38,622 nt of DNA from Chthonomonadales bacterium (GCA_037443035.1 JBBIPC010000027.1:1-38622), one strand, 5' to 3'; positions 27,018 through 36,218 are shown, counted from the stretch's first letter. Made by a program: numbers and translations. Notes: generated from the letters alone by a model not told the origin.

Positions 27018-27848
27018 CTACTCGTCGTATCCCTTCAGTTCGCGAACCCAGATATTGCGGTAGCGGACAGGGTTGCCGTGGTCCTGCAGGAGCAACGGTC
27101 CCTTCGGGCCATGCGGCGCGTACTTGGCCAGGGCGCGGTGCGCCATGGCTCCCAACACCTCAGCATGATGGTGGACCAGCACGCCGTTGTGGAAGACCGT
27201 CAAGTAGGCCGGACTGACGAGCTTATCGCCGTCGAAGCGAGGGGCGATGAAGACGATGTCGTACCACTGCCATTCGCCGGGTTTGCGCGAGGCGTTCACG
27301 AGCGGTGGATACTGGCCGTAGATCGCGGCGCACTGTCCGTCCGGATAGGTCTGGTTCTCGTAGCTATCCAAGACCTGAATCTCGTAGCGCCCCATGATGA
27401 TGACGCCGCTGTTGCCGCGCCCCTGGTCTATGCCCGATGGCGGGTTGGGGGTGGCGAACTCGACGTGGATCTGGCAGTCGCCAAACTCCTCCTTGGAAAT
27501 GAGGTTGCCCCCTGGCCGAGCGACCTCCACATAGCCGTTTTCCACCTTCCAGCGAGGTGGAGCACCCCCGTCCGTCACCCAGTGAGATAGGTCTTTCCCG
27601 TCGAAGAGCACGATGGCGTCGCTGGGCGGCTTCCCTGGCAGATCTTGGATGCTGGAGGTCCCTGGGTCAACGACCCTGGGCTGTGGCCGGGTACCGTCGT
27701 GCACGCGCCACTTTCCCCCTGGCAGGAACGGTGTATCGTCATAGCCCAGCTTGCGCTGCTGGTCTCCTCCGGATGCGGTGGAGATACCTGTAACCAGGAC
27801 GGCTAGCGCTGACACTGCCACGGCCAGTCCAATATGTCTTCTCGTCAT
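27018..27848 (-). CDS. DUF1080 (3-keto-disaccharide hydrolase family) exported protein
   Basis: PPSDAIVLFDGKDL, GNSGV, YEIQVLDS, GEWQWYDI, LQDHGNPVRYRNIW; AGGAGG before ATG 27848. Confidence 0.88.
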   Translation of the reverse strand: MTRRHIGLAVAVSALAVLVTGISTASGGDQQRKLGYDDTPFLPGGKWRVHDGTRPQPRVVDPGTSSIQDLPGKPPSDAIVLFDGKDLSHWVTDGGAPPRWKVENGYVEVARPGGNLISKEEFGDCQIHVEFATPNPPSGIDQGRGNSGVIIMGRYEIQVLDSYENQTYPDGQCAAIYGQYPPLVNASRKPGEWQWYDIVFIAPRFDGDKLVSPAYLTVFHNGVLVHHHAEVLGAMAHRALAKYAPHGPKGPLLLQDHGNPVRYRNIWVRELKGYDE

Positions 27849-27917
27849 TTCTTCCCTCCTCAGTGCGTGGCGACACGTCCGCTCGTCAGGCCGCGCCGCC
27901 CCGAACATAGTGCGGTC

Positions 27918-29357
27918 TCAAGCCTTGCCCTGTTCCTCCCCCTGGGTGATCAGCGTGGTGAACCGCTTGCCGATGGCCAGTGCGGGATCTAGCGGCACTT
28001 CTGCGCGCTGCACGTCCGGCGGTATGCTAATCAGAGGAGTGGGGCGCAGCTTCTTGCCCTGGAACTGCGGCAGCCACTGGGCCTCCGCTTCCAGCATCTC
28101 CGCGGTCATCTCCCGTATCTCAGCCAGTGTGCAGCATGCCGACGTTAGCGGATCCATGGCTACCGCCTGCATGGCCAGCTCAGGATCCCCCTGCAGCCCA
28201 GCCTCCACAGCCAATCCCTGCACCGTGACGTTGCTCTGATTCAAGGCTGCGCACTGTGGCGGGAGCTCCCCTACACGCAGGGGATGCAATCCTTCGCGAT
28301 CTACGTAGACGGGCACCTCGACGCAACAGCACTGCGTCAGGTTCGTGATGTAACCATCGTTTCGCACGTTGCCCTGGAGACGGAATGGCTTTCCAGTAGC
28401 GTGGGCCTCCAGGATATAGGAGCAGTACTCCACGCTTCTGGGTTGGAGAATGGGTGTCTCGTACTGGAGCGGATCGGTCTTGGCGTACTTCTCCGCCACA
28501 ACCTTCGACCACTTGTAGTAGGCGCCCGATTCTCCTCCGAACGCCGGCTCGTCACAATAGAGCTTCAACGCCCGTTCACTGCTCCGGAACCACGGCACAT
28601 ACTCGCTCAGGTGCCCCGTGCTCTCGGTCATGAAATAACCGAAATGCCGCATGACCTCGATGCGTACCTTCTCGTTGATGTAGTACTCCGGCAGTTCGCA
28701 GCGCTCCTTGAACAGAGGGTACAGGTCCTTTCCGCGGTGCTCGAGCTTCAGGAACCAGGCCATGTGGTTGATGCCCGCACACAAGAAGTCTATCTCGTCC
28801 TTGGGGACTCCCACGTAGCCTGAGATCAGATCCAGAGTGGTCTGCACGCCGTGGCAGAGGCCGATGTACGGCACATTGGACACCTTGCCCAGGGCATAAC
28901 AGCATGCGGCCATGGGGTTCGTGTAGTTGAGCAGGATGGCGCCACGTTTGGAGTAGCGCTCCATGTCCTGGACCAGCCCTACGAGCACCGGCATGCTCCG
29001 GAGTCCACGGAACACGCCTCCAGGGCCTAGACTGTCTCCGATGCACTGATCCACGCCATACTTGAGGGGGATCTCGTAGTCAATGCGGAACGCGTCAACA
29101 CCACCGACCTGCACCATGCAGACCACGTAGTCGGCGTCCCGGACCGCTTCTACGCGGTCGGTGGTGGCATAGACTTGCGCGCTGAGACCATTCTCGGAGA
29201 TCATCCTCTTGGCGAAGGCTTCCATGCGCCGGAGCTTCGTCTCGGTCGGACTCATGAGGGCGTACGTCGCGCCCTCGAGGGCGGGCGTGGCCAGCATGTC
29301 GTTCAGCAGCGTCTTCGTGAACACAATGCTGCCCGCGCCGATCATGGCGATTTTCAT
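27918..29357 (-). CDS. melA: GH4 NAD+-dependent alpha-galactosidase/alpha-glucosidase
   Basis: MKIAMIGAGS, DYEIPLKYG, LNYTNP, GLCHG, GINHMAW, TESTGHLSEY; AGGAGG before ATG 29357. Confidence 0.88.
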   Translation of the reverse strand: MKIAMIGAGSIVFTKTLLNDMLATPALEGATYALMSPTETKLRRMEAFAKRMISENGLSAQVYATTDRVEAVRDADYVVCMVQVGGVDAFRIDYEIPLKYGVDQCIGDSLGPGGVFRGLRSMPVLVGLVQDMERYSKRGAILLNYTNPMAACCYALGKVSNVPYIGLCHGVQTTLDLISGYVGVPKDEIDFLCAGINHMAWFLKLEHRGKDLYPLFKERCELPEYYINEKVRIEVMRHFGYFMTESTGHLSEYVPWFRSSERALKLYCDEPAFGGESGAYYKWSKVVAEKYAKTDPLQYETPILQPRSVEYCSYILEAHATGKPFRLQGNVRNDGYITNLTQCCCVEVPVYVDREGLHPLRVGELPPQCAALNQSNVTVQGLAVEAGLQGDPELAMQAVAMDPLTSACCTLAEIREMTAEMLEAEAQWLPQFQGKKLRPTPLISIPPDVQRAEVPLDPALAIGKRFTTLITQGEEQGKA

Positions 29358-29557
29358 ACGTACACCTCCTCGAGCGAAAACAGTCATGGAGCAGGGCAGG
29401 TTATCCTCGCCCATGACATTCGTCCGCCATGGCTTTCGGCGCGCCGACAAGGCCTTCCTTCCGCGGCACCCCTTGTTGTTGACTCACCACCGACAGGCAG
29501 CGACCGTGAACCGAATGGGGCATGGAAGCCACTATGGTACTGTATGGAGAGAGTTCG

Positions 29558-30133
29558 ATGAGACTCCGGGACCTCTGGTGGGTCAGAGCCGTCTTGCGAG
29601 GCGACAAGGAGCGGGCGGAGCGTTGGGTCACCCGCGAGTACCCACGCGTCTACCGCATGTTGCGATACCTGACAGGCGATAGGGAAGCGGCCGAGGACCT
29701 CACGCAGCAGGCTTTCGTTCAGGCTTGGCAATCCCTTGCCAGCTACCGTGGCGAATCCGGACTGAGCACTTGGCTCCATCGCATCGCCTACCGCCAGTAC
29801 ACCCACTGGCTGCGGACCCGGAAGGCGACGTTACCCCTGTCGCAAGCACCGGAGCTCGAAGATCCACGGCACGTCCAGGGACTGACGACGATCCTCGTAC
29901 AGCGTGCGCTCCAATCCCTTTCCGATGAGCTACGCGAGCCATTCTTGCTCTATTACGCGCGTCAGATGAGCATCAAGGAAGTCGCCGACGTGCTGGAGAT
30001 CCCTGCCGGTACAGTGAAGTCGCGCCTGTTCACGGCGCGCCGGCTGTTGCGGGAGTTGCTCATGGACGAGCCTGTGGTTGCAGGGGTTGACGAAGATCCC
30101 GCAACGAAGACTACGCTGGGAGTGCTGCCATGA
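29558..30133 (+). CDS. ECF RNA polymerase sigma factor (sigma2 plus sigma4)
   Basis: AEDLTQQAFVQAW, STWLHRIA, SIKEVADVLEIPAGTVKSRLFTARRLLRE. Start 29558 (GGAGAG upstream) preferred; 29522 possible. Confidence 0.92.
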   Translation: MRLRDLWWVRAVLRGDKERAERWVTREYPRVYRMLRYLTGDREAAEDLTQQAFVQAWQSLASYRGESGLSTWLHRIAYRQYTHWLRTRKATLPLSQAPELEDPRHVQGLTTILVQRALQSLSDELREPFLLYYARQMSIKEVADVLEIPAGTVKSRLFTARRLLRELLMDEPVVAGVDEDPATKTTLGVLP

Positions 30134-31656
30134 CGTGCGGCCGTCTGGAACAGAACTGGCGACCGGCTCCGGTGTTGCACCGATGGAGCTGCACAGAATG
30201 CCGCAAGGCGCGCGACGCGGACGCAGCCGTCCAACTGGCGCTGGCGTGCACGATGGCTGAGCCTGTCCCCATGGGAGGGCTCCGCCGCGTACTCCAATCC
30301 CTTGGTCTGTCCGCGTCTGAAGATCGCATTCGCGAGCATGCGGGGCTACGCCCGGGCAAAGGCCTGGTTCGTGTCATCGTCCTTGTGGTCCTCCTGGCCG
30401 TTGCGGGAAGGGGCTGGCTGTGGTGGCTCGACCTGGACCCTAACATCCCTGTACCCAATCCCAAGATGCCCGTTCCCAATGCCTTCGACTACTTCCGCAG
30501 GGCAGGCGATATGCTGGACACGAACGCTCGTCCGGAGGGCGCCATGGGTGGTCCCTCTATGTCTGCGAGTTCGACCCTTACCGGAGACGCGTTGAAAGAC
30601 GGAGCCAGCCTGCGGGAGAAGGAACTGGCCCTCCGCCGGAATGCCAGCGCCCTTCGCACCCTGCGCCAGGGCTTCGCCTATGAGTATCGCGAACCGCCTG
30701 CGCGCAGTTTCGACCATGTCTTCCCTTACCTCGCCAACTACCGGCAACTTGCGCGGCTGCTCAGTGTGGAGGCGTCGGTCTACGAGTCCAAGGGCGATGT
30801 TCGGCGGGCAAACAGCGCGAATCTCGATGCTATCGAGCTGGGCACGAAGATTCAGCAGGGCTCCGTCCTGATCGGCAAACTCGTGGGTCTGGCCTGCGAA
30901 GCTATCGGGCGGGAGGGGCTATGGCATCGCCTCGACCGCATGGGTGAATCCGAAGCGAGGGAAGCCGCACTCCGCCTGGAATCCCTCAACGCACGCCGTG
31001 TTCCGATTGCCGACACGCTCACTGAAGAGAAGTACGCCACGCTCGCCGGCTTGCAGACGTTCTTCCGCGATCCGAGATGGCGCTGGAACGCCCAGCGCGC
31101 CTTCGGAGCTGACAACGATCGCTATGGCGAATGGGCCTCGTTCTTCGCCACTCTGCCGCACAGCAAACGCGCCATCGTCGCACATTATCTTGCCGCCATG
31201 GACTGGTTCACAGCCAGCGCCCGGCTCTATTTGCGCCAACCGCTCACCGAGCCACGCGTTTTGGCTTCTGATCCAGTGAATGCAGTTCTCATGCCCAGCT
31301 TCGGCAACGCCATCGTGAAGGACGTCACCGACGACGCCATGAATCGCCTCCTCGTTGCCGCACTCGGGGTGCAAGCCTACAGATCTGCACACGGCAGGCC
31401 GCCCCGAACTCTGGAGGAAGTGCGGAAGGCCGGATACATCCGGAACGTGCCGACAGATCCTTTCGACCCCCGTATCCGAGAGGTCCAGCTCCGGTACTTC
31501 GTCAGGAATGGCAAGCCGCTCCTGTACAGCATTGGACCGGACAGGGTCCACAACGACGGTGTGCCGATCGTGCGGCGCTCCGCGAATGGCCGAGAGCTCT
31601 ACGCAGTCGAGGCTGATAGTGTTGGTGACATCGTCGCGGGCGTCAATGGACCCTGA
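30130..31656 (+). CDS. Putative anti-sigma-like membrane protein 1 (zinc-finger N-terminus, TM helix, GspG-like C-terminal motif)
   Basis: ATGA-coupled to the sigma factor; MTC...HRWSCTEC; TM VIVLVVLLAVAG; PNAFDYF; VPTDPF...YSIGPD. Confidence 0.7.
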   Translation: MTCGRLEQNWRPAPVLHRWSCTECRKARDADAAVQLALACTMAEPVPMGGLRRVLQSLGLSASEDRIREHAGLRPGKGLVRVIVLVVLLAVAGRGWLWWLDLDPNIPVPNPKMPVPNAFDYFRRAGDMLDTNARPEGAMGGPSMSASSTLTGDALKDGASLREKELALRRNASALRTLRQGFAYEYREPPARSFDHVFPYLANYRQLARLLSVEASVYESKGDVRRANSANLDAIELGTKIQQGSVLIGKLVGLACEAIGREGLWHRLDRMGESEAREAALRLESLNARRVPIADTLTEEKYATLAGLQTFFRDPRWRWNAQRAFGADNDRYGEWASFFATLPHSKRAIVAHYLAAMDWFTASARLYLRQPLTEPRVLASDPVNAVLMPSFGNAIVKDVTDDAMNRLLVAALGVQAYRSAHGRPPRTLEEVRKAGYIRNVPTDPFDPRIREVQLRYFVRNGKPLLYSIGPDRVHNDGVPIVRRSANGRELYAVEADSVGDIVAGVNGP

Positions 31657-31669
31657 TGGCGAGCCGTCC

Positions 31670-33250
31670 ATGAGCTGCCGGCAACTGACGAGGCTCTCGA
31701 TCTCAGCAGCGCTCCATCGGCGGAGATGCGAGGTATGCCGTCAGGCTGCCAGCGCCGAGGATAGGCTGTCATTGACGCTGGAGTGCCTGCGCGCAGAACC
31801 CATCCCTGCCGACGGTAGGCAGCGGGTGCTGGAGGCGCTGCGGCTCGACGACGTCTCGGCGCTCCAGCGGGTTCGCGGCAGGCTGCGGCGAGCGGCCGTG
31901 CGACTGGCAACGACCCTCTTGCTGTCTGTCCTTGGGCTGAGCGGCTGGATCGTCAGGCAGGACCGAGCGCCAAAGCTCCACATGCGCCCCGTCGTGCTCC
32001 CTTCTCCGAATGCGTACACTTACTTCCGCGACTCTGCCCGGTTGATGCAGGTACCCGATGCCGTCATGAAGGTTGCGTGCGACTGGCCTCGCGTGGAAGC
32101 GGCGAATCGCTACCGGATCTTCGGCCTGGTGCCGCGTGTGATCGTGGAGCCACCGACTACGCCAGATCGTGTCTCGAGGATTGCGCCATCCGAGAGAAAG
32201 GCTCTGCTTCTGGCCAACGCCGAAGCTCTCCGACTCCTGCGCACGGGGTTGCGGCACGAGTACCGAGAACCACCGGTGCTCTCCTTCGATGCGCCATCCG
32301 ACCATTACCGTGGATACCTCCATCTGGCCTACTTGCTCGTGGCGGAAGCGCAGGACAGAGCACGCCGCGGAGACATGGAGGGTGCCCTCGAGAGCAGCCT
32401 AGATGCCATCCGGCTGGGGACGCTTGTCGCACGCGGAGCGCCTATGGTCGGTTGGCATGTCGCGGCCAAGTGCCGGGCGATCGGTCGCGCAGCGCTATGG
32501 GAGATCATGGACAGCCTGTCTCGTGACCAAATGCTCCGGGCTGCGAAGGAGTTACAGACCCTGCACGCCTCGGAGACCAGCATCCTCGAGGCGTTGGAGA
32601 ATGAGGAAGAGGCCGGCGTGGCAGCTCTCATTGACTTCACGGGCCATCACTCATGGCGCTGGACGATCCCGAGGCTCTCGAGAGGTGCGAAGTCCGAAGA
32701 AAGCGCCTCCGAAAAAGCCCTATGGTTCGTTCTCACCATCCAGCACAGTCGGTCGGACATGGTGAAAAGATTCAGGTATGCCGTTCGTTCTGCACTTCGG
32801 CGGCAGGCATATCCTCTTCCGACTGCAGTTGCGGAGCGCAGGTATCCTTATCCCGAGGAGGTTCTCCTTCGGCCGGAATACGGTGCGCGCCTGCTCGTTG
32901 CTGACACTGACGCTGCCGAGGCGGAACTGCTCTCCACGACACTGGCGATTCATGCATACCGTCGGACCCACGGGAAGTGGCCCTCTGGGATCGAGGAACT
33001 CGTCCGAAGGGGGTATCTCCAACGCGTACCGCAGGATCCGTTCAACAGGAACGTGGTAGGCCAAACAACGCGACTCCGTTACCGAGCGGTGTCTGGAGAG
33101 CCGGTCGTCTACAGCGTCGGTCCCGACGGTAAGGATGATGGCGGAGTGGCGCTGTACACCGATAGCGCCTTCGTGAACGGCGGCACGAGCAGATTACTGA
33201 CCAGCTACAGCAAGGGCGATCTTGTTGCCGGTGCGACCGTAGGCTGGTGA
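31670..33250 (+). CDS. Putative anti-sigma-like membrane protein 2, paralog of the upstream gene
   Basis: Start 31670 chosen by alignment to paralog 1: MSC...HRRRCEVC; TM segment; PNAYTYF; VPQDPF...YSVGPDGKDDGG. Confidence 0.7.
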   Translation: MSCRQLTRLSISAALHRRRCEVCRQAASAEDRLSLTLECLRAEPIPADGRQRVLEALRLDDVSALQRVRGRLRRAAVRLATTLLLSVLGLSGWIVRQDRAPKLHMRPVVLPSPNAYTYFRDSARLMQVPDAVMKVACDWPRVEAANRYRIFGLVPRVIVEPPTTPDRVSRIAPSERKALLLANAEALRLLRTGLRHEYREPPVLSFDAPSDHYRGYLHLAYLLVAEAQDRARRGDMEGALESSLDAIRLGTLVARGAPMVGWHVAAKCRAIGRAALWEIMDSLSRDQMLRAAKELQTLHASETSILEALENEEEAGVAALIDFTGHHSWRWTIPRLSRGAKSEESASEKALWFVLTIQHSRSDMVKRFRYAVRSALRRQAYPLPTAVAERRYPYPEEVLLRPEYGARLLVADTDAAEAELLSTTLAIHAYRRTHGKWPSGIEELVRRGYLQRVPQDPFNRNVVGQTTRLRYRAVSGEPVVYSVGPDGKDDGGVALYTDSAFVNGGTSRLLTSYSKGDLVAGATVGW

Positions 33251-33296
33251 GAATCCGCGTGCCAGACGAGCCGCAACGCAGAGTACGTAGTAGGGC

Positions 33297-34778
33297 ATGA
33301 GAGTCATGACAGCAGCCGACGGCCAGAAGCGCGAACCTGGGGACACGACGCACGAGCATCGGGCACCTGAGACTGCGGAGGCGTTGGTCAGGCGTATCCT
33401 CGAGACGAGGGTGCAGAGCCGCCGCGGCTGGCTGTACTGGACCTGGGTCGGCCTTGCACTGTTCCTCTTCTGGTTCGCCTTCACCACGGGGTGGCCTCTC
33501 GCGCCCTGGTGGACATGGCTGCTACCCATAGGGGTGTCCCTGACAGCACGTGGCATCGGTCGGCTTGCTGCGGCGGCCGAGACGGCGTCCGTGGCTGCAG
33601 TCCTCCAGGGTGACGACTGTCAGCGGGCGGGCGTGCTCATCGAGTTGCTGACATGGCCCGTGAAGCGGGTGCAGGCGGTAGCCCGATGGAGGCTCATGTC
33701 TTTGCTGAGCACATTACAGGAAGACGATGCCGCTGCGCTGACACCGGTACAACTTGCCTGTCTGTATGACCACTTGACACCCATGCAGGCTGCACGAGAT
33801 CCGGACTTCGTCGAGGCGATACTTCGGGCTCTGCCCCGGATCGGCGACGATCGCGCCATTCCTGCGGTCATGCGCTTGGTTCGGATGCGCGCGTGGACGC
33901 GCAGTCTTTGCAGAATCCGCACAACAGCTCGCGTCCTGTTGCCTGCGATCGAGGCCCGTGTCTTGCGAGTGCGCAGAGAGCGTGGACTGGTCGAAGACGA
34001 CGCTCGGGCGGGAGTCGGTACCGTAGAATCTCCACCGGGTCGCCGGGGTTTCGGTGAGGAACTGGGTCTCCGGCCTCAGATGCGTCTGGGGTTTCTGGTG
34101 GCGGCATGGCTGACCATCGTGCCGCTTGGTGCGTGGCTGAGCTTCGATCTTGCCAAGCAGCACAGATGGCTCGAGGCTCTGCTCTATGGAGCGCTCGCGG
34201 TAGGGGCTACACAGCTACACCGGCTGACACTCATGCAGCGGCATGCCAGGTTGCTGCGTTCCATCATGCAGGAGGAAGACGTCGAAGCTGTGGGCCGCAT
34301 CGCCGAAGCTGTGCTCTGGCCGGACGAAAAGATCCGGGCGGCAGCCATGAGCGCTCTGGTTCGGGTGCTTCCCAAGCTCAAGGCGTCGGACGCCGGCATA
34401 CTCACGTCTACGCAGCGTACCTGTCTGAATGGTCTCCTGGACCGGACGACGGCCAGGGAACGGCCCGATGTCGTCGTTGCGCTGCTGCGCGCCCTGGAAC
34501 AGGTCGGCGATATGTCTGCGGTACCGTACGTGCGTTCCCTGGCCAACATGCCGGATGCGACGGCGAGAATGGCAACCGTGCGAGAAGCCGCACGCGAGTG
34601 CCTGCCTGTACTCTTGGAGCGGGCACGGCAGAACACCGATCCTCAGGTACTCCTTCGTCCGGCCGAGCAGCCGGCCGCCCCGGAAGAGATGCTCGTAAGA
34701 CCAGTCATGCCAGGTCCCGTGGCCGAGGATGCAATGTTGCTTCGTCCGGCCGATACCGTAGATGAAGCTACGGTATAG
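33297..34778 (+). CDS. Membrane protein with duplicated TM-hairpin plus HEAT-like module
   Basis: Two TM pairs, each followed by a helical repeat (AILRALPRIGDDRAIPAV vs ALLRALEQVGDMSAVPYV); C-terminal L(L/V)RP repeats. Confidence 0.7.
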   Translation: MRVMTAADGQKREPGDTTHEHRAPETAEALVRRILETRVQSRRGWLYWTWVGLALFLFWFAFTTGWPLAPWWTWLLPIGVSLTARGIGRLAAAAETASVAAVLQGDDCQRAGVLIELLTWPVKRVQAVARWRLMSLLSTLQEDDAAALTPVQLACLYDHLTPMQAARDPDFVEAILRALPRIGDDRAIPAVMRLVRMRAWTRSLCRIRTTARVLLPAIEARVLRVRRERGLVEDDARAGVGTVESPPGRRGFGEELGLRPQMRLGFLVAAWLTIVPLGAWLSFDLAKQHRWLEALLYGALAVGATQLHRLTLMQRHARLLRSIMQEEDVEAVGRIAEAVLWPDEKIRAAAMSALVRVLPKLKASDAGILTSTQRTCLNGLLDRTTARERPDVVVALLRALEQVGDMSAVPYVRSLANMPDATARMATVREAARECLPVLLERARQNTDPQVLLRPAEQPAAPEEMLVRPVMPGPVAEDAMLLRPADTVDEATV

Positions 34779-34939
34779 ACGTCGGTAAGTTTGTGTTATC
34801 CACGCGCCACGGGGGAACCGACGAGGTCGAGACGGGGTAAGCTCCTCATAGGATGAAGGGCTTCCGTCCGCCTGAATTACCCCCAGCTCTGCCGGCAGAC
34901 AGGCCCCAGCCATTCCATGTTTCCTGAGAGGAGCGACTA

Positions 34940-36061
34940 TTGACCAGACGAGCTTTCCTCGCCGGAGCTCTGCTTCTGGCCCTAGCATTCCCGGCCAGTG
35001 GCGCCTCAGGCTCGAACACACCCAAGAACGTTATCCTTCTCATCGGAGATGGTATGGGCTTCGCCCAGACCACCCTTGCCCGCCTGTCGTTGGGCAAGTC
35101 GGACTCCGTCCTCGCCATGGATACGATGCCGTACGCGGGATTCGTCAAGACGCACCCCGCGGATACCGACGGCAGGCGGGGCGTCCTCACCGATTCAGCC
35201 GCGGCCGCCACAGCTCTTGCGACTGGCCACAAGACGAAGAACGGTATGCTCGGAATGCTGCCTGATGGTAGGCCCGTCCGGACCATCCTCGAAGCCGCCC
35301 AACTCCAGGGCCGCAGCACCGGGTTGGTGACGACAGTGACGATTACCCATGCTACCCCTGCGGGCTTCGCGGCTCATGTGCCGAGCAGGGGAGATGAAGC
35401 AGCCATCGCGGTGCAGTATCTGCAGCGGAAGGTGGACGTTCTCCTGGGAGGAGGTGAGGCATTCCTCCTGCCTCAGAAAGCTGAAGGCAGCAAACGGAAG
35501 GACGACCGGGATCTGTTGGCGGAATTCCGATCGGCGGGCTACGCCGTCCTTCGCACGCGGGAGGAGCTGCTGAGCGCCCAAGGCGATCGCCTGCTTGGCG
35601 TCTTCAGCAAGAGCCACATGGAGACGAAGCCACCGGAGCCATCCCTGGCGGAGATGACTCGCAAGGCACTGGCCACTTTGTCCCGGAATCGCAAAGGCTT
35701 CTTCCTCATGGTCGAGGGCGGCCAGATCGATTTCGCGGGTCATGCCAATGATGCGCCGAACAACGTGAAGCAGACTCTCGATTTCGATGCGGCCATTGCA
35801 GAGGTCCTCGACTTCGCACGCACACGGGGTGACACGCTTGTGCTTGTCACGGCGGACCACGAGACGGGAGGACTGGCCATCATCGGTCCCTCGTCCGGCT
35901 CGACAGCCGACTACGGCCTCGCCTGGGGGACCAAAGGACACAGCGCAACAGTCGTTCCGCTTCTTGCCGAGGGACCCGGTGCCCATCTGTTCAGCGGCGT
36001 CCTGGACAACACCGATATACCGAAGAGGATAGCTCGGCTCTGGCGCGCCAAGCTGGATTGA
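34940..36061 (+). CDS. phoA: Alkaline phosphatase (PhoA family) with Tat-like signal
   Basis: KNVILLIGDGMG, TDSAAAATALATG (catalytic Ser), HATPAGF, VEGGQIDFAGH, TADHETGG; TRRAFL signal; GAGGAG upstream. Confidence 0.9.
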   Translation: MTRRAFLAGALLLALAFPASGASGSNTPKNVILLIGDGMGFAQTTLARLSLGKSDSVLAMDTMPYAGFVKTHPADTDGRRGVLTDSAAAATALATGHKTKNGMLGMLPDGRPVRTILEAAQLQGRSTGLVTTVTITHATPAGFAAHVPSRGDEAAIAVQYLQRKVDVLLGGGEAFLLPQKAEGSKRKDDRDLLAEFRSAGYAVLRTREELLSAQGDRLLGVFSKSHMETKPPEPSLAEMTRKALATLSRNRKGFFLMVEGGQIDFAGHANDAPNNVKQTLDFDAAIAEVLDFARTRGDTLVLVTADHETGGLAIIGPSSGSTADYGLAWGTKGHSATVVPLLAEGPGAHLFSGVLDNTDIPKRIARLWRAKLD

Positions 36062-36157
36062 ACCTGTGACCTGGGCGTTTCACTACAGACGTGTCGGTCT
36101 TGCTAACGCGGAGCGAGAGAAGCAAGACTAAGGCGCGCTCAGCGTGCTACAAGAACA

Positions 36158-36218
36158 CGCTCAGCTTCCTTGATTCGCGGCATAAGATATCCGACTGTCG
36201 CGTAGAGGAAGCTGAGCG
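36158..36218. other. Long inverted repeat between convergent genes
   Basis: Perfect 13-bp arms CGCTCAGCTTCCT (36158-36170) and AGGAAGCTGAGCG (36206-36218), with an inner CGCGGCA/TGTCGCG stem. Confidence 0.7.

Noticed and set aside
31355..31669. N-terminal extension of the 631-aa ORF
   Set aside because: Overlaps paralog 1; alignment to paralog 1 puts the start at about 31670.
34796..34804. TTATCCACG, one mismatch from a DnaA box
   Set aside because: Isolated single site far from dnaA; plausible by chance in 38 kb.
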